DNA of 64,000 nucleotides from Candidatus Marinacidobacterales bacterium (GCA_965224085.1 CBDCYI010000005.1:1568001-1632000), one strand, 5' to 3'. Shown: positions 41,190-52,750, counted from the first letter of the stretch. Numbers and translations are program-made. Notes: generated by a model not told the origin, from the sequence alone.

Positions 41190-42845
41190 ATGCGAGACCC
41201 CTTTCTCCTCGTTGTTCTGGTGGTGGCCGCGGCACTGCGGCTCTACGGTCTCGACCACGGGCTTCCCTTCGTTTACAACCCGGACGAAGCGAACATCATG
41301 GCGCGGTCGCTAGCGGTCGCCCGCGGCCTCGACCCTGGCTACTATCTCTACCCGAGCTTCTTTTTCTATTTACTCTTCGGCGTCATGGGAGCGCTCTACG
41401 TGGCGGGCCGGGCGGTCGGCCGCTACGACAGTCTCAGCGCGTTTCAGGAGCGGTTCTTTACCGACCCGACAGACTTCTACCTCGCGGGGCGTCTCGTGGG
41501 CGTGGCCGCATCGCTCGCGACGGTCGTTCTCACGTACCACCTCGCGGCGAAACATTTCGGTCGCACCGCCGGCCGCGCGAGCGCGCTCTTCGTCGCGGTG
41601 GCCTACTTTCATGTTCGGGACGCGCATTACCTGAAGCACGATGTGCCGAGTGGCTTTCTTCTGATACTCGCGCTTTGCGCGATCGACCGCGCGATCGAAC
41701 GAAAAACGCTCGAGGCCTATGGCGTCGCCGGCGTAGCACTCGGCGTCGCGTTCGCGACGCACTACTACATGATTTTTCTCGCGCCGGCATTTGTCGCGTT
41801 TCAGTGGGCGAGCAGGCGGCTCGAGCAGTTCTCGCACGTCATCGCCGCGGGCGCGGTGTCGGCGGTGACGTTTTTTCTGCTATCGCCTTTCGTCGTTCTC
41901 CGTCTTCCCGTGGCGCTCGAGCACATGCGAGCGAACCGGCAGGTCGTCGTTGATCGTAGCCTCGACATGGGGGCGAGGATCTTCCCGAGCCTCGGGCTCT
42001 ATGTCGACTTCCTTCTTACGCAAGGGCTCGGCTATCTGCTCGTCGGCATAACCATCGCGGGCGTCCTCCTCGCCTGGCGGCGCGGCCTCACGGAGCTCGC
42101 GCTCTGGGGTGTTTTTCCAGCGCTTTTTTTCGCGTTCATTACTTATACGTTCTTCGCGGGGCGTTATCTCAACCCCATCTTGCCTTGCTTGGCCGTTTTC
42201 GCCGGCCTTACGATCGCGAGCCTCGAGAGGCGTTTCGGAAAAGCTGTCGCGGGACTCGTCGCCGGGCTCGCGTGCCTTCAGCCGCTCTATCAATCGATCC
42301 AGATCGACCGCTTGCTTGCCGGGGACGATACACGCACCCTGGCGCGTCACTGGATCGTCGAGAACGTTCCCTCAGGCGAAACGCTGGTGCTGCAGTCCTT
42401 CTCGGTGCCGATCCCGCAATCCGCGGCTAGCTTTCGGGGAAACCTCGAAGCCAATGACGGGCTCCGTGAGCTTGAGCGAGGAGGAAAATATGCCTCGCTC
42501 CTCGAAGTTGCTGAGCGAGAGACAACGTCCTACGGGCTCTATTTCTTCGGAAAAGGCGATGAGCTCAACCGGATCTATGTCGGCTATGACGAGCTCCTCG
42601 ATGGGCTCACACCCTTAAGAAAGCTCGGTGTTTCCAAGGTCGTCTTGCGGCATCCTCCCGCGGCGCCGCCGCCCAAGGTCACAGCCCTTTTCGAGCGAGT
42701 CGCGCGGGAAGCGGCGTTGCTCCACACCGTCTCCCCATTCGAGGATGCGCACGGGCCCCCTTACTTGGACAACGAAGACTGGCCACCACGAGCGTCGCTT
42801 TTGCGCAAAGGACCCAAGATCGAGATCTGGGCTCTCGAGCCGTAA
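41190..42845 (+). CDS. GT-C membrane glycosyltransferase (ArnT/PMT, GT39/GT83-like)
   Basis: First TM helix followed by YNPDE, many TM helices, soluble C-terminal domain. Confidence 0.8.
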   Translation: MRDPFLLVVLVVAAALRLYGLDHGLPFVYNPDEANIMARSLAVARGLDPGYYLYPSFFFYLLFGVMGALYVAGRAVGRYDSLSAFQERFFTDPTDFYLAGRLVGVAASLATVVLTYHLAAKHFGRTAGRASALFVAVAYFHVRDAHYLKHDVPSGFLLILALCAIDRAIERKTLEAYGVAGVALGVAFATHYYMIFLAPAFVAFQWASRRLEQFSHVIAAGAVSAVTFFLLSPFVVLRLPVALEHMRANRQVVVDRSLDMGARIFPSLGLYVDFLLTQGLGYLLVGITIAGVLLAWRRGLTELALWGVFPALFFAFITYTFFAGRYLNPILPCLAVFAGLTIASLERRFGKAVAGLVAGLACLQPLYQSIQIDRLLAGDDTRTLARHWIVENVPSGETLVLQSFSVPIPQSAASFRGNLEANDGLRELERGGKYASLLEVAERETTSYGLYFFGKGDELNRIYVGYDELLDGLTPLRKLGVSKVVLRHPPAAPPPKVTALFERVAREAALLHTVSPFEDAHGPPYLDNEDWPPRASLLRKGPKIEIWALEP

Positions 42846-42869
42846 GCGGGCAATGTCGGACACAAAGAA

Positions 42870-43982
42870 ATGACTGGCTCATGGATCGAGCTAGACCGGG
42901 AATGTTTGCTCAGCAATCTCGAAACTTTCCGAATCCGCCTCGGCACCCGCGCACTCATGGCGGTCGTGAAGGCCAATGCTTACGGACACGACGCCGCCTA
43001 GGTCGCGCCTGCGATTCGAGACCACGTCGACTGGTTCGCGGTCGATGCGCTCGCGGAGGCTTACGAGCTGCGCGCGCTCGAAAGACCCATCTTGATTCTC
43101 GGGCATACGGACGCGTCGGAAGCGGAGCACGTGGTCGAGCTCGGGTTTCGTCAGGCGCTCTTTCGCCGCGATGTCGCGGAGGCTTTGTCAAAGGCGGCGG
43201 GGAAGCTCGGCCGTCCGGCGCGCATTCATTTGAAGATCGAAACAGGTCTTCATCGACTTGGGGTCAGCCTCGATGAGCTCGAAGAGTGGGCGGCGTTCTT
43301 GTCGCGTCTCGAAGGCATCGAAGTGGAAGGCGCGTACACGCACTTCGCTGACGTGGAAGATCCGAGCTCGACGTTTTCTCGAGCTCAGCTTGCTCGCTTC
43401 GAAACCGCGATAGCGCTGTTGCGGCAGCACGGTCTCGAGCCGACCGCGTTGCATGCGTCTCCGACCGCAGGGATCCTGCTCCACGAGCAGGGAAGCCTGA
43501 CTCTTGGCCGCGTTGGCGTCGGCCTGTATGGTATCTGGCCATCGAAGGAGACCGGGCTCGCCGCCAAATCGGTCGAACTCTGCCCCGTGCTCTCGTGGAA
43601 GTGCCGGCTCGCACAAGTGAAGACCGTGCCGGCGGGCGCGACAGTTGGCTATGACCTTACCTTCCGAGCGACGTCGGACCGCCGGATCGGCATCCTTCCG
43701 GTAGGCTATTACGACGGCTATGATCGAGGGCTCTCGAATCGCGGCGCTGTGCTCGTGCGCGGCCGGCGTGCTCCGATAGCGGGCCGCGTCGCGATGAATA
43801 TGTGCATGGTGGATGTCACGGGCATCGAAGCCGTCGAAGGGGACGAGGTCGTGCTCATCGGCGAGCAAAACGGCGCCTCCATCACCGCGGACGAAGTCGC
43901 TGCTTGGGCTGACACGATCGCTTACGAGACCCTCGCCCGTATCCATCCATCGCTGCCGCGTCGATTCCATTCGCATCCTTAG
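42870..43982 (+). pseudogene. alr: Alanine racemase with an in-frame TAG at codon 44
   Basis: MTGSWIELD...AVVKANAYGHDAA*VAP...HLKIETG.HRLG...THFA...GYYDG...GRVAM; TAG at 42999-43001. Confidence 0.88.
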
Positions 43983-44408
43983 TGCTGTGTGTCGTCGTCC
44001 CGTAGATACGCTAAACAGCAGTCGGCGAAATGAAACATAAGCGTCGCTTCCTGTCATGCAGACGGTCCTGCCGATCGGCGTATTGTCGCGAAAGCAGCTT
44101 CGACGAACACACGTGTAAGGGTTCCTGGTGTTGGCTCGCTTGACCACTGCAGCCGCACAGTCAGTGTAAACCGTCGTTGACACTTTCCGCTGAAGCTGTT
44201 TTCCCTGGAAAACAGGGACTTATCCGCTCAGGCCACTCTCCCTCTCCGCGAGGACACTCACTGACAACCGCCCTTGACACGCTTCGGCATTTTTAGCGTG
44301 GGCCCCAGCCTGAAGTGCTGGGCTTCAAGTCGTTGTGCCTGGTGGTGTTGATGGATTTCCTCCACTCTTACGCAAGCTTGGCACGCCCTTCGCCTTTGAA
44401 CCGCTTTT

Positions 44409-44618
44409 GTGCAAGCGGCCACAACAACCCTCCCTGCTAAGCCAGAACCAGCGCTGTACCGTCCGAGAAAGCCGCAACTTTCCGACCTGTATCAACTTCT
44501 CGAGACCCACTACGATGGCGTCAAGACTCAGTGGGAGGATCGCTTCGAAAAAGCGTATGGGTATTGACGCGGATTCGTCGACAACGTGGTGCTACGCTAC
44601 CTTGACTGCGGGGTTCCA
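44409..44618 (+). mobile_element. N-terminal remnant of a second, ISCR-like IS91-family transposase
   Basis: Manual translation YRPRKPQLSDLYQLLETHY...WEDRFEKAYGY*RGFVDNVVLRYLDCG; TGA at 44565; truncated. Confidence 0.65.
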
Positions 44619-46360
44619 GTCGGAATCAATCTCGGTATTTCGTCGGATGATGGTCGCGAGAGTCTGCTGCTCCACGAGCGCGATGAGCTCAGGCGTGAGA
44701 TAAGTCTGGTACCAGAAGCGGTCCCCGGCTCGGAGTCGCACAAACTGGTCGCTGAGAACCCCGTGCCAAGTTGCCAAGTTTCTCCGACGGGCTCCGCCGC
44801 TGAGCGCGGGCTCCGACAACCCCCCGACCCAGGCATCGATGTCGTCAACGCTTTCGTAGGCTTCGCGGAGACGAGCTTGCACCTCACGGTCGGGATTGAT
44901 CTCGGCAAAGGTCTTTACCCGTTGAAGACCGAAGTCAGTGCGCACCTGGTTGTAGCTCGGGAGGCCATGATCGCGTCCCCGTTGGATGTTGAGTCGAATC
45001 CCCCCGTGCGCGGACCGCCGAAGAGAAAATTGCGCACTTCAGAAACGACCAACGTATCGACACGCTCCGCGCGCTTCTCGGCGAGGTCCGCGCAATACCG
45101 GCTCGATACCCGCGATTTGAATCTCCACGGGATTGAAGAAAGCGCCGGCGAGCGACAAGTGGCCTTCGGCGATCTCGTTCCCTTCCGAGTCGAGCCGAAG
45201 GAGCTGAGGGCAGCATGCTATGGCCAAAGCGATACGCTGCGGTAGCGAACACATTCGAGATCCCGGGGTGGACGCTCGGGTCGTAACCCCCATACGGCGG
45301 GAGGCCACGCGGCCCGAGTAGCACGGGAAGAAACTCACGATACGTGATCGCCTGCATTTCTGCGGCTACCATCATTCGCGCGCGTTCGTAGACCTCGTCG
45401 CCCCGGAGCGTCGGCTCTTCCTCGCGGATGCGGAGCGCCCACCAATTGTGCTCGCGTACGAATAACGTATGCATCGCGACGAGCCCTACTTGCTCGTCGG
45501 CGCGGAAATCTCCCGCGAGAAAAAAATCGGGTCGTTACCCGTGGGCGCATTCTCGAGTCGGCTGCGGTTGAAGGGAAGAAGATTCCCGGTGCTCGTCGTG
45601 AGGCGTCCACCGCCGTCGAGCGAACGAAGGGCTCTCGCGCGTTCCTCATCGGAACCGTCGACGTTCGAGGCGTCGGCGAACGCGGTGATCGTGTTGACCT
45701 GCTGACGTACCCCTGCCACCTTTCGATAGCTGGAACGTTCGAAGCTAATCGTGATGTTCCCCGAACCCTTGGGGTCGAAAAAACCATCGCCGACGGCACC
45801 GCGATTTCCATGGCTTCGCGTGGCTCCATCACAGCGATGAGATCGATGTCGTGGTCGACGAACTGTCCCCATTGCCACACGAAGCTCGACACGCCGTTCG
45901 AATTCGGGATGGAACCGTCCTGTTGGGCGCACAGGTTGCTGATTTCTCTCTCGCTCGGTCTTTCAGGCGCGGCAGGCACGCCGATACCGTCGCTGTAGTC
46001 GATGGCGCGGACGCGGAGGAGCGTCGTTCCGGCTCGTCCCCAGTCGGGATTCGCCCTATTGTTGCCGAGTCCGTCAATCGTTCGAACCGGCAGCGACCCG
46101 GACAATGTGTCCAATCTTCGGTCGCTACCAAGGACGTCGAGGTGCGACGACGTTGGCGCTTCCGTGCTCGGACGACTCGGCAAGACGCTCGAGTGATCGG
46201 ACTCATTCGGACGCGTCGATTGTTGCGGTCCCCCGGCAGCGGCGGCCATGAGCAAAACCGCGGCTCCCGCGGAGACATACAGAGAAACACGCGCAGCAAG
46301 CGCCTTGAAACAAGGCGGAATGGACGACGCACGAACCAGCCCCGGTGTGTTCTGAGACAT
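44619..46360 (-). pseudogene. Animal-type heme peroxidase (peroxidase-cyclooxygenase superfamily), frameshifted
   Basis: RTIDGLGNN, WGQFVDHD, QVNTITAF.DAS, HTLFVREHN, AAYRFGHS, IDAWVGGL.E, QFVRLRAGDRFWY spread over several frames. Confidence 0.85.
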
Positions 46361-46489
46361 CTTTACCTCCGTTTTAGGCTTTGCCTACATTCTTAGGGCG
46401 GCGATGTTCAGATGTTGTTCAGATGTGATGAGTTTGTGAACGATTGGGGCGACGATTAGCGCCAGAATTAGGGCGACGTACGAGAAGCG

Positions 46490-46680
46490 CGGGATTGCCG
46501 GTTCCCCAGTAGATGGGATTATCCCCGTCGTAGCAGTCCGTGAGCCAAGTGGCGACACCGCCCGTCTTCCAGCTTTCACCCGCCCAGGTCTCATGCCCCG
46601 GCGTTCCGGGGCCGGGAATCGTCCAGAGCCGCCACAACCGATCGCCACTCACGGCATCGTAGGCGTCGAGAAGCAATCTG
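46490..46680 (-). pseudogene. Internal fragment of a PQQ-dependent dehydrogenase
   Basis: DAYDAVSG..LWR.WTIPGPG.PGHETW...WKTGG..TW...IYWGTGNP. Confidence 0.7.
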
Positions 46681-46805
46681 TTTCTCTTGAGTAACGCCAT
46701 CACCCCGGTTTGGCCAGCGGCGGGTGTCTCGATGGCGCTTTGCTCTTCCAAGGCGACCGGGCATTCTGGGAAATCACTCTTGGCGCTGTCATCGACCCTT
46801 CACCG

Positions 46806-47680
46806 CGCAAAGCGAACGTGACAAGGGCTCGACCTTCACCATCGAGTTGCCGGCGAAAGTCGACCCCTTGGAAGCGGCCAAGTCCCCGGCGGAAGTGGAA
46901 ATCGAATCCCGCCAGGGAATCACGGACGGCACCCACCCCGTGCTGGTTATCGACGATAACGCAGAGGCACGGGATCTGCTCAAAAAGACCCTGGAGGCGG
47001 ATGGCTTCGCCGTGGTAACGGCGGCCGGCGGAAAGGAAGGTCTGGAGCTCGCGCGACGCTTCACGCCATCGCTCGTCACTCTAGACGTACTGATGCCGAA
47101 CATGGATGGTTGGGCGGTGTTGCAGGAGCTCAAGGGTGATTCCGCCCTCAAAGATATTCCCGTCACCATTGTCTCCGTCGTCGCGGAGAGGGGCATGGGC
47201 CAAGTGCTTGGCGCGGTGGAATATTTGCAAAAGCCGGTCGACCGCAAGCTGCTGTTGAGCATGGCGCACAAATATGCGGACCGGCGGAACGGAGGGCACG
47301 CACTGGTCGTGGAAGACGACGAGCACACCCGGTCTCTCATGCGCAACGTGCTCGGGGAATCCGGTTGGGGGGTGACCGAGGCGGAAAACGGCGCGGTTGC
47401 GCTGGAACGAGTGTCTGAGGGCAAACCGGACGTGATCCTGCTGGATTTGATGATGCCGGTGATGGACGGGTTCGACTTCGTGGTCAAACTTCACGAACGC
47501 GACGACTGCCGCTCCATCCCGATCATCGTGGTGACGGCGAAGGACTTGACGGAGGAGGAGCGCCGCACGCTCAACTGTGCTGTTGAGCGTGTCGTGCTGA
47601 AGGGCGCATACACCCAAGATGAGCTACTGCAACAGATTCGCGACCTGGCGGCTCGGTGTTGTGGTCGCAAAGAGACTTAG
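46806..47680 (+). pseudogene. C-terminal part of a hybrid histidine kinase (end of HATPase plus two receiver domains)
   Basis: S...KGSTFTIELP, then VLVIDD...LDVLMP...KP and LVVEDD...LDLMMP...TAK; 5' part missing. Confidence 0.75.
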
Positions 47681-48059
47681 CCATCGCCTTGGCCTGGGCG
47701 CAGTGGCCCGGCTACGCAGTGTGATGATGGCGAAGGTTGGGCAAAGATGGACATAAAGGAGGCCCGGGCCGCAACTGCCACGGAGTGATGACGATCGAAA
47801 CGGCCCGGCGCGCCAGTCTTGAGTTCGTTTGTGTTTTTGGACAGGACGGGCACTGGCTCTGGGCGTTCCCGAGCAGAACTCTCGTCCAGAGCATCCGTTC
47901 CGTCCAGCTGTGCGCGCCCGAACTCCTATGCGGCGGCGCCGTGGTAATAACGGAGCAAACCGCCCAATCGCTTACGACATCGCGCCTTCCCGTGGGGACT
48001 GCCGACGCATTCTTCCGCTTCGATCAACGTCAGAAAACTCTCATGGTCTGATCGCCTAG

Positions 48060-48223
48060 GACCGCTTACCTAAAGGTGATGGGCTACCGACACCTTCCAA
48101 AGCTGCGTGAAGCGCTCAAGCGTGAACTGAAGATCGAGACCGCGAAAAAGAATACGTCGAGGAAGAACGTTGCTTAAACGAACCGGGAGCCGTGGAACAT
48201 TTCAACTAAGAATGGGCTTGACT
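48060..48223 (+). mobile_element. 3' end remnant of a probable IS256-like transposase
   Basis: KVMGYRHLPKLREALKREL...* followed by an IS-end-like TTTCAACTAAGAATGGGCTTGACT. Confidence 0.4.
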
Positions 48224-48479
48224 CACTTTGGGGCATTCTCAACTACTACTGCCGTGCCGCGTAGATGGTCGCCGGCGACGGTAGCCCCTTGGTGGGCCCG
48301 CTCGGCGTAGCGTGAAAACAGCTTCAGGCACACGCCAAGTACGCGAAGCTCTATAAACGCAGTCGGCGAAATTCGAACCATATGTAACAAAAGGCAAGCG
48401 GCTATCACACTGTAGCCGCCACCATTCCTCGTTGCTGCTGGTTGAGAAAATGTCCAAAGACCATGTTCGACTTTACATC

Positions 48480-48745
48480 TTGTATATTCCGCCGACGCTG
48501 ACACAGTATCGCAGCTTTCAAAGGATCGAACAGATCATCGTTCGGGTCGGCACGACGATTGCTCAGCTTCAGCGTGCGGATCACCTCAACATACTTGACC
48601 CGGCGAACGCTTTCTAGGAGCTGCTCAATAAGCACCTTCCGTCTCGTAGAATTGTGGATTCCAGGAATAGAGCGCTTTTCCCTATCAAAGGAAAGCAAGT
48701 CAGCCTCAAGTCCCTGAGCAAGCTCACGATCCCAGGGAAGGCCAC
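48480..48745 (-). pseudogene. Fragment resembling the N-terminus of alpha-glutamyl/putrescinyl thymine pyrophosphorylase clade 3
   Basis: PGI...RRKVLIEQLLESVRRVKYV...RADP...FDPLKAAI; lower-GC DNA; recognised from memory only. Confidence 0.5.
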
Positions 48746-48931
48746 CCCCTGCTGTCCCATCTGGGCAAGCAAGCCGTCGACAGCTTTCGCAGTTTCGAAG
48801 AGGCACTCGTCACCGAAGACCAGGAGTACGACGCGCTCCCCGAGCAGCGTCGTTGGCAACCGGTACCGCGAGACTAGCGAGTTCCAAGGACTCGCGCAGT
48901 CAGACTTGTCTCATCTCATCGCCGCCGCGTC

Positions 48932-49183
48932 TTATTGCTTCGCTGTCTTCTTCGCCTTCTCTGCCGCTTTGGCTTCTCGCACCTTTGCCTTCTCCGCCGC
49001 TTTGGCCTTGGCTTCCCGCACCTTTAGCCACGCACGGACCTCCCGCAGACGGAATTGAGACGCCACGCCGCGCCCTCTAGTGTGGACCGGCATCCCAGAC
49101 CGCTCCCATTTTGTTACCATCTTTTTATCGACGCCCAAATGCTCGGCTAGTTCCGACCTCGTCAACACTCGCGCTTTGGCCAT
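48932..49183 (-). CDS. Small winged-HTH protein resembling the DNA-binding domain of phage terminase small subunit Nu1
   Basis: TRSELAEHLGV....VTKW...GMP...GRG....F....VRAW; Lys/Ala repeat tail; GGAGGAGG RBS. Confidence 0.6.
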   Translation of the reverse strand: MAKARVLTRSELAEHLGVDKKMVTKWERSGMPVHTRGRGVASQFRLREVRAWLKVREAKAKAAEKAKVREAKAAEKAKKTAKQ

Positions 49184-49352
49184 AGTCCTCCTCCAAATGG
49201 CACTGCCCCCTTCTGCATTGAAAGACGCTTCTTAGGATACTACGGTTTCCCCTTGAACGAAGGATTCCAATTCCTTTACTTCTACTTCATTTCCACTCCT
49301 TTTGAGGGTCATTAGACTGGACTTTATTGAGCAGAAGAGCGAACGTTCGGTG

Positions 49353-49784
49353 ATGCCGCAGGATACAGGGGTTGGCCGGAACGTCGTTCTGGACGGTTTG
49401 GACTTCGCCAGCTTGCGGCGGGTCTGGAAGCAAACCTTTGGGGCTACTCCTCCAAGCTCGCTCTCGCGCGTTTTCCTGCGCCGCGTTCTCTTGCACGAAC
49501 GCCAGTGCCGGACCCATGGCGGGCATTCGGCTACAACCCGGCGCGCTCTGGCCGCCATGGCGAACGAGACACCAAGCTCCGGCGCTCCCGCAGGGTCCGT
49601 TTCTGCCGGCACCCATCTCGTCCGCGAGTGGAATGGCCGTACCTACCAGGTCGAGGTAATCGACAACGGTTATCGGTTCGACGGCAAAACCTATCCGTCC
49701 CTCACGGCCATCACAAAGCGAATCACCAGCACCCACTGGTCAGGACCACGCTTTTTCGGTCTGACGCCCAAGCGCAAGGCCTAA
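49353..49784 (+). CDS. DUF2924 family protein
   Basis: GTHLVREWNG..Y.V.V...GY.FDG..Y.SLTAI...IT..HWSGPRFFGL; directly upstream of a serine recombinase. Confidence 0.85.
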   Translation: MPQDTGVGRNVVLDGLDFASLRRVWKQTFGATPPSSLSRVFLRRVLLHERQCRTHGGHSATTRRALAAMANETPSSGAPAGSVSAGTHLVREWNGRTYQVEVIDNGYRFDGKTYPSLTAITKRITSTHWSGPRFFGLTPKRKA

Positions 49785-49785
49785 C

Positions 49786-50405
49786 ATGAAGAAAATCCGC
49801 TGCGCCATCTATACGCGAAAGAGTGCGGAAGAGGGTCTCGAACAGGAGTTCAACTCCCTCGATGCGCAGCGAGAGGCCTGCGCCGCGTATGTCGCGAGCC
49901 AGAAAGCGGAGGGCTGGGTGCTGCTGCCAACCGTCTACGAGGACGCGGGGATCTCGGGAGGAACCCTGGAGCGCCCGGGCCTACAGCGCTTGCTCGCCGA
50001 CATCGATGCCGGTCTCGTCGAGCAGATCGTGGTCTACAAGGTCGACCGGCTGACCCGTTCCCTCTCCGACTTTGCGAAGCTCGTCGAGCGGCTCGAGGCG
50101 GCCGGCGCGGTTTTCGTCTCGGTGACTCAGTCCTTCAACACCGCGACCAGCATGGGACGACTGACGCTGCATATGCTGCTGTCCTTCGCACAATTCGAAC
50201 GCGAGGTCACGGCCGAGCGGATCCGCGATAAGGTCGCTGCCTCCAAGCGCAAGGGACTATGGATGGGCGGCCGCGTACCGCTCGGCTATGAGAAGGACGA
50301 GCGCACGCTGCGCATCAACGAGGCTGAGGCCGAAACGGTCCAGACGCTCTATGCGCTGTACCGGAAGCACGGAACGCTCCGGCAGGTGAAGGCCGAGGCG
50401 GAAGC
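49786..50405 (+). pseudogene. Large serine recombinase, 3'-truncated
   Basis: CAIYTRKS, SLDAQR, VYKVDRLTRS, FAQFERE, GLWMGG.VPLGY; ends abruptly in opposite-strand permease DNA. Confidence 0.85.
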
Positions 50406-52750
50406 GCGACGCGGAGGCCGATCTCGTGCGTCCTCCGGCTCACCGAATACGCCATGACGCCGTAGATCCCGACGGCGGACAGCATCAGCGCGATCGCACC
50501 GAAGATTCCCATGACCGTCGCAAGGTATTTGAGGCCAATGAGGCGCTCCGACACGAGGGTTCGCATGGTCCGGACGTTGAAGATCGGCTGGTCCGCATCC
50601 GCGCGAAGAACGTGGGAGCGTACGCCCGCGGTCACGTCCGCCGGCGGCCCTGACGTTCGTATGGCTAGAAACATCGCCAGTCTCGGGGCTTGCTCCATGG
50701 GCAAGTAAAACGTCGGGCGCGGCTCTTGGAGGAACCAATCGTGCAGCACATCGCCCGACACGCCGACGACGGTCCACCATCGTTGTTCCGTGCCGTAGCG
50801 GAAGCGTTGGCCGAGGGGATCTTCTCCCGGCCACGATCGCCTCGCGAACTTCTCGCTCACCACCGCCACGAGCGCGGAGTCGGCGCGGTCCTCGCTGCCG
50901 AACCCTCTTCCCTGCAAGATGGGGATGCGCATGGTCTCGAAAAGGCTGGCGGTCGCGACGCGGAAGTGTGCGGTCGGCCGCTCGGACACGTTCTCGACCG
51001 GCGCGCCTTCGATATCGATGCTGCGACTGGAGTTGGAGCCGCTCGACGGCAAGATGTTCACGGCGTCGGCAGACACGACTCCCGGAAGCGTACGCACGCC
51101 ACTCAGAACGGCGCGATAGAATTGGAGCTGCGCTTCGTCTTCTTCGTATTTACCTTCGGGAAGTGCTATCTCCATCGTCATCAAGCCGTCCACGTCATAT
51201 CCTCGATCGGCGTCCACCAAGCGCATCGTTCCTTGGATACTCAGGCCGGAGGCGACGAGGAGAGTCAGCGCGAGCGCGACTTCGAACACGATGAGCACGT
51301 TGCGCCCGCGCTGCCGGACGCGACCGTCCGAGTTTCCCCGGCCACCTTCGCGAAGCGCCGCGGTGAGGTCGGGCCGCGACGCTTGAATCGCGGGGATCAG
51401 GCCGAAGATGAGCGCCGTCGCGACGGCGACGATGGCGGTAAAGCCCAAGACGTGCCAGTCGAGGTCGATCTGATCCCAGCCGACGACGAATCTCTGGATA
51501 TGGCCCGGCAGGCTCGAGCGCATGAGCTCGACGCCCAATCCGGCGAGCGGGAGCGCGGCCAGGGCTCCGAGAAGCGACAGAAGCTTACCCGCCCGCGTCC
51601 GGCGCCGAGCGCGATGTGCAGTGACAGCTCTTTCTCACGGTCGGAGCCTCGCGCCAGTATCAAGTTCGCCACGTTCACGCAGGCGATGAGCAAGACGAAC
51701 ACGGATGTGGCTTGCCACATATACAAGAACGTGGGTGTCCCGATATCGATGACCGCGTCGCCGAGCTTCATCGTGTTGATCCGTCTGCCGCTATTGGTCT
51801 TTGGATATTCCTGCTCGAGGCGCCCTGCGATGAGATCGAGCTCAGCGCGCGCGTCTACCACACTCGAGTCCGGGGCAAGACGTCCAATGACCTCGAGATA
51901 ATGAATGTCGCGAATGGCTGCCGCCTCCGCGTCGAGCCAGAGAGGTGCCCAAATCTCCGTGCCGAAGGGATAGTTGAAGCCTTCTTCAGCCACGCCCACG
52001 ATGTCGTAATGCTCGCCGTTCAAGAGCATCGTCTGGCCCACGACGTCCGGGTCGTTGCCGAAACGTTGCGACCAGGCGGCATGGCTCAACACGGCGGTGC
52101 GGGCGCCGACATCTTCGGCGTCGAGCGCGAGCGTGCGTCCGAGTTGTGGCTTCACGCCGAGCGTCTCGAGAAAGCCGGGTGTCACCAGCGAGCCTTGAAG
52201 TCTCTCCGGGTGATCCCCTCCGGTCAGATTCACGTCCCACCACTCGAAGGCGACGAGCTTGTCGAGATGCTCGCTTTGCGCTTCCCAGTCGAGAAAATTC
52301 GCCGGAGCGACGCCGCCCCGTTGCCATTCGGTGTTGGGCGCCAGGTCGTAGAGCTTGACGAGGCGGTCGAGGTCTGGAATCGGGAAAGGGCGGAGGATGA
52401 GGGCGTCGACGAGGGAAAAAATAGCCGCGTTCGCTCCGATCCCGAGCGCGAGCGTCACGATGACGATGCCCGCGAGCGGCGTGTTTCAGGTCTCGCATGA
52501 ATGTGTTCATCGACGGATCTCCTTTTCGCCGGCGCGCTCGCTCCGGCTTTCTGTTCCAAAACGTACGCACGCCCACGCGCAGGGCCACCAAGCAGTACCA
52601 AATGGCGGCGGCTCGACCGCTGTGGCGGCGTACGTAGGCAGCGTGTTCTTCGCTCAGATCCCCAAGGATGGCCTCGCCGTGCGCGTCACTCGGCACGAGC
52701 CGCGTGAATACCGCTTCGGCGAGCCTCGGAGGCCTCAGGGGTTCTTTCAC
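50406..52750 (-). pseudogene. ADOP-type duplicated ABC permease with N-terminal prefix domain; frameshifted and truncated
   Basis: PPRLAE..ILGDLSEE; TLALGIGANAAIFS; LLIACVNVANL; [21 protein letters not shown] in three frames. Confidence 0.85.

Noticed and set aside
42999-43001. Genome-wide TAG recoding or pyrrolysine
   Set aside because: TAG terminates many intact genes here (e.g. at 5010, 7232, 58093, 59241), and no pyl genes are in the window.
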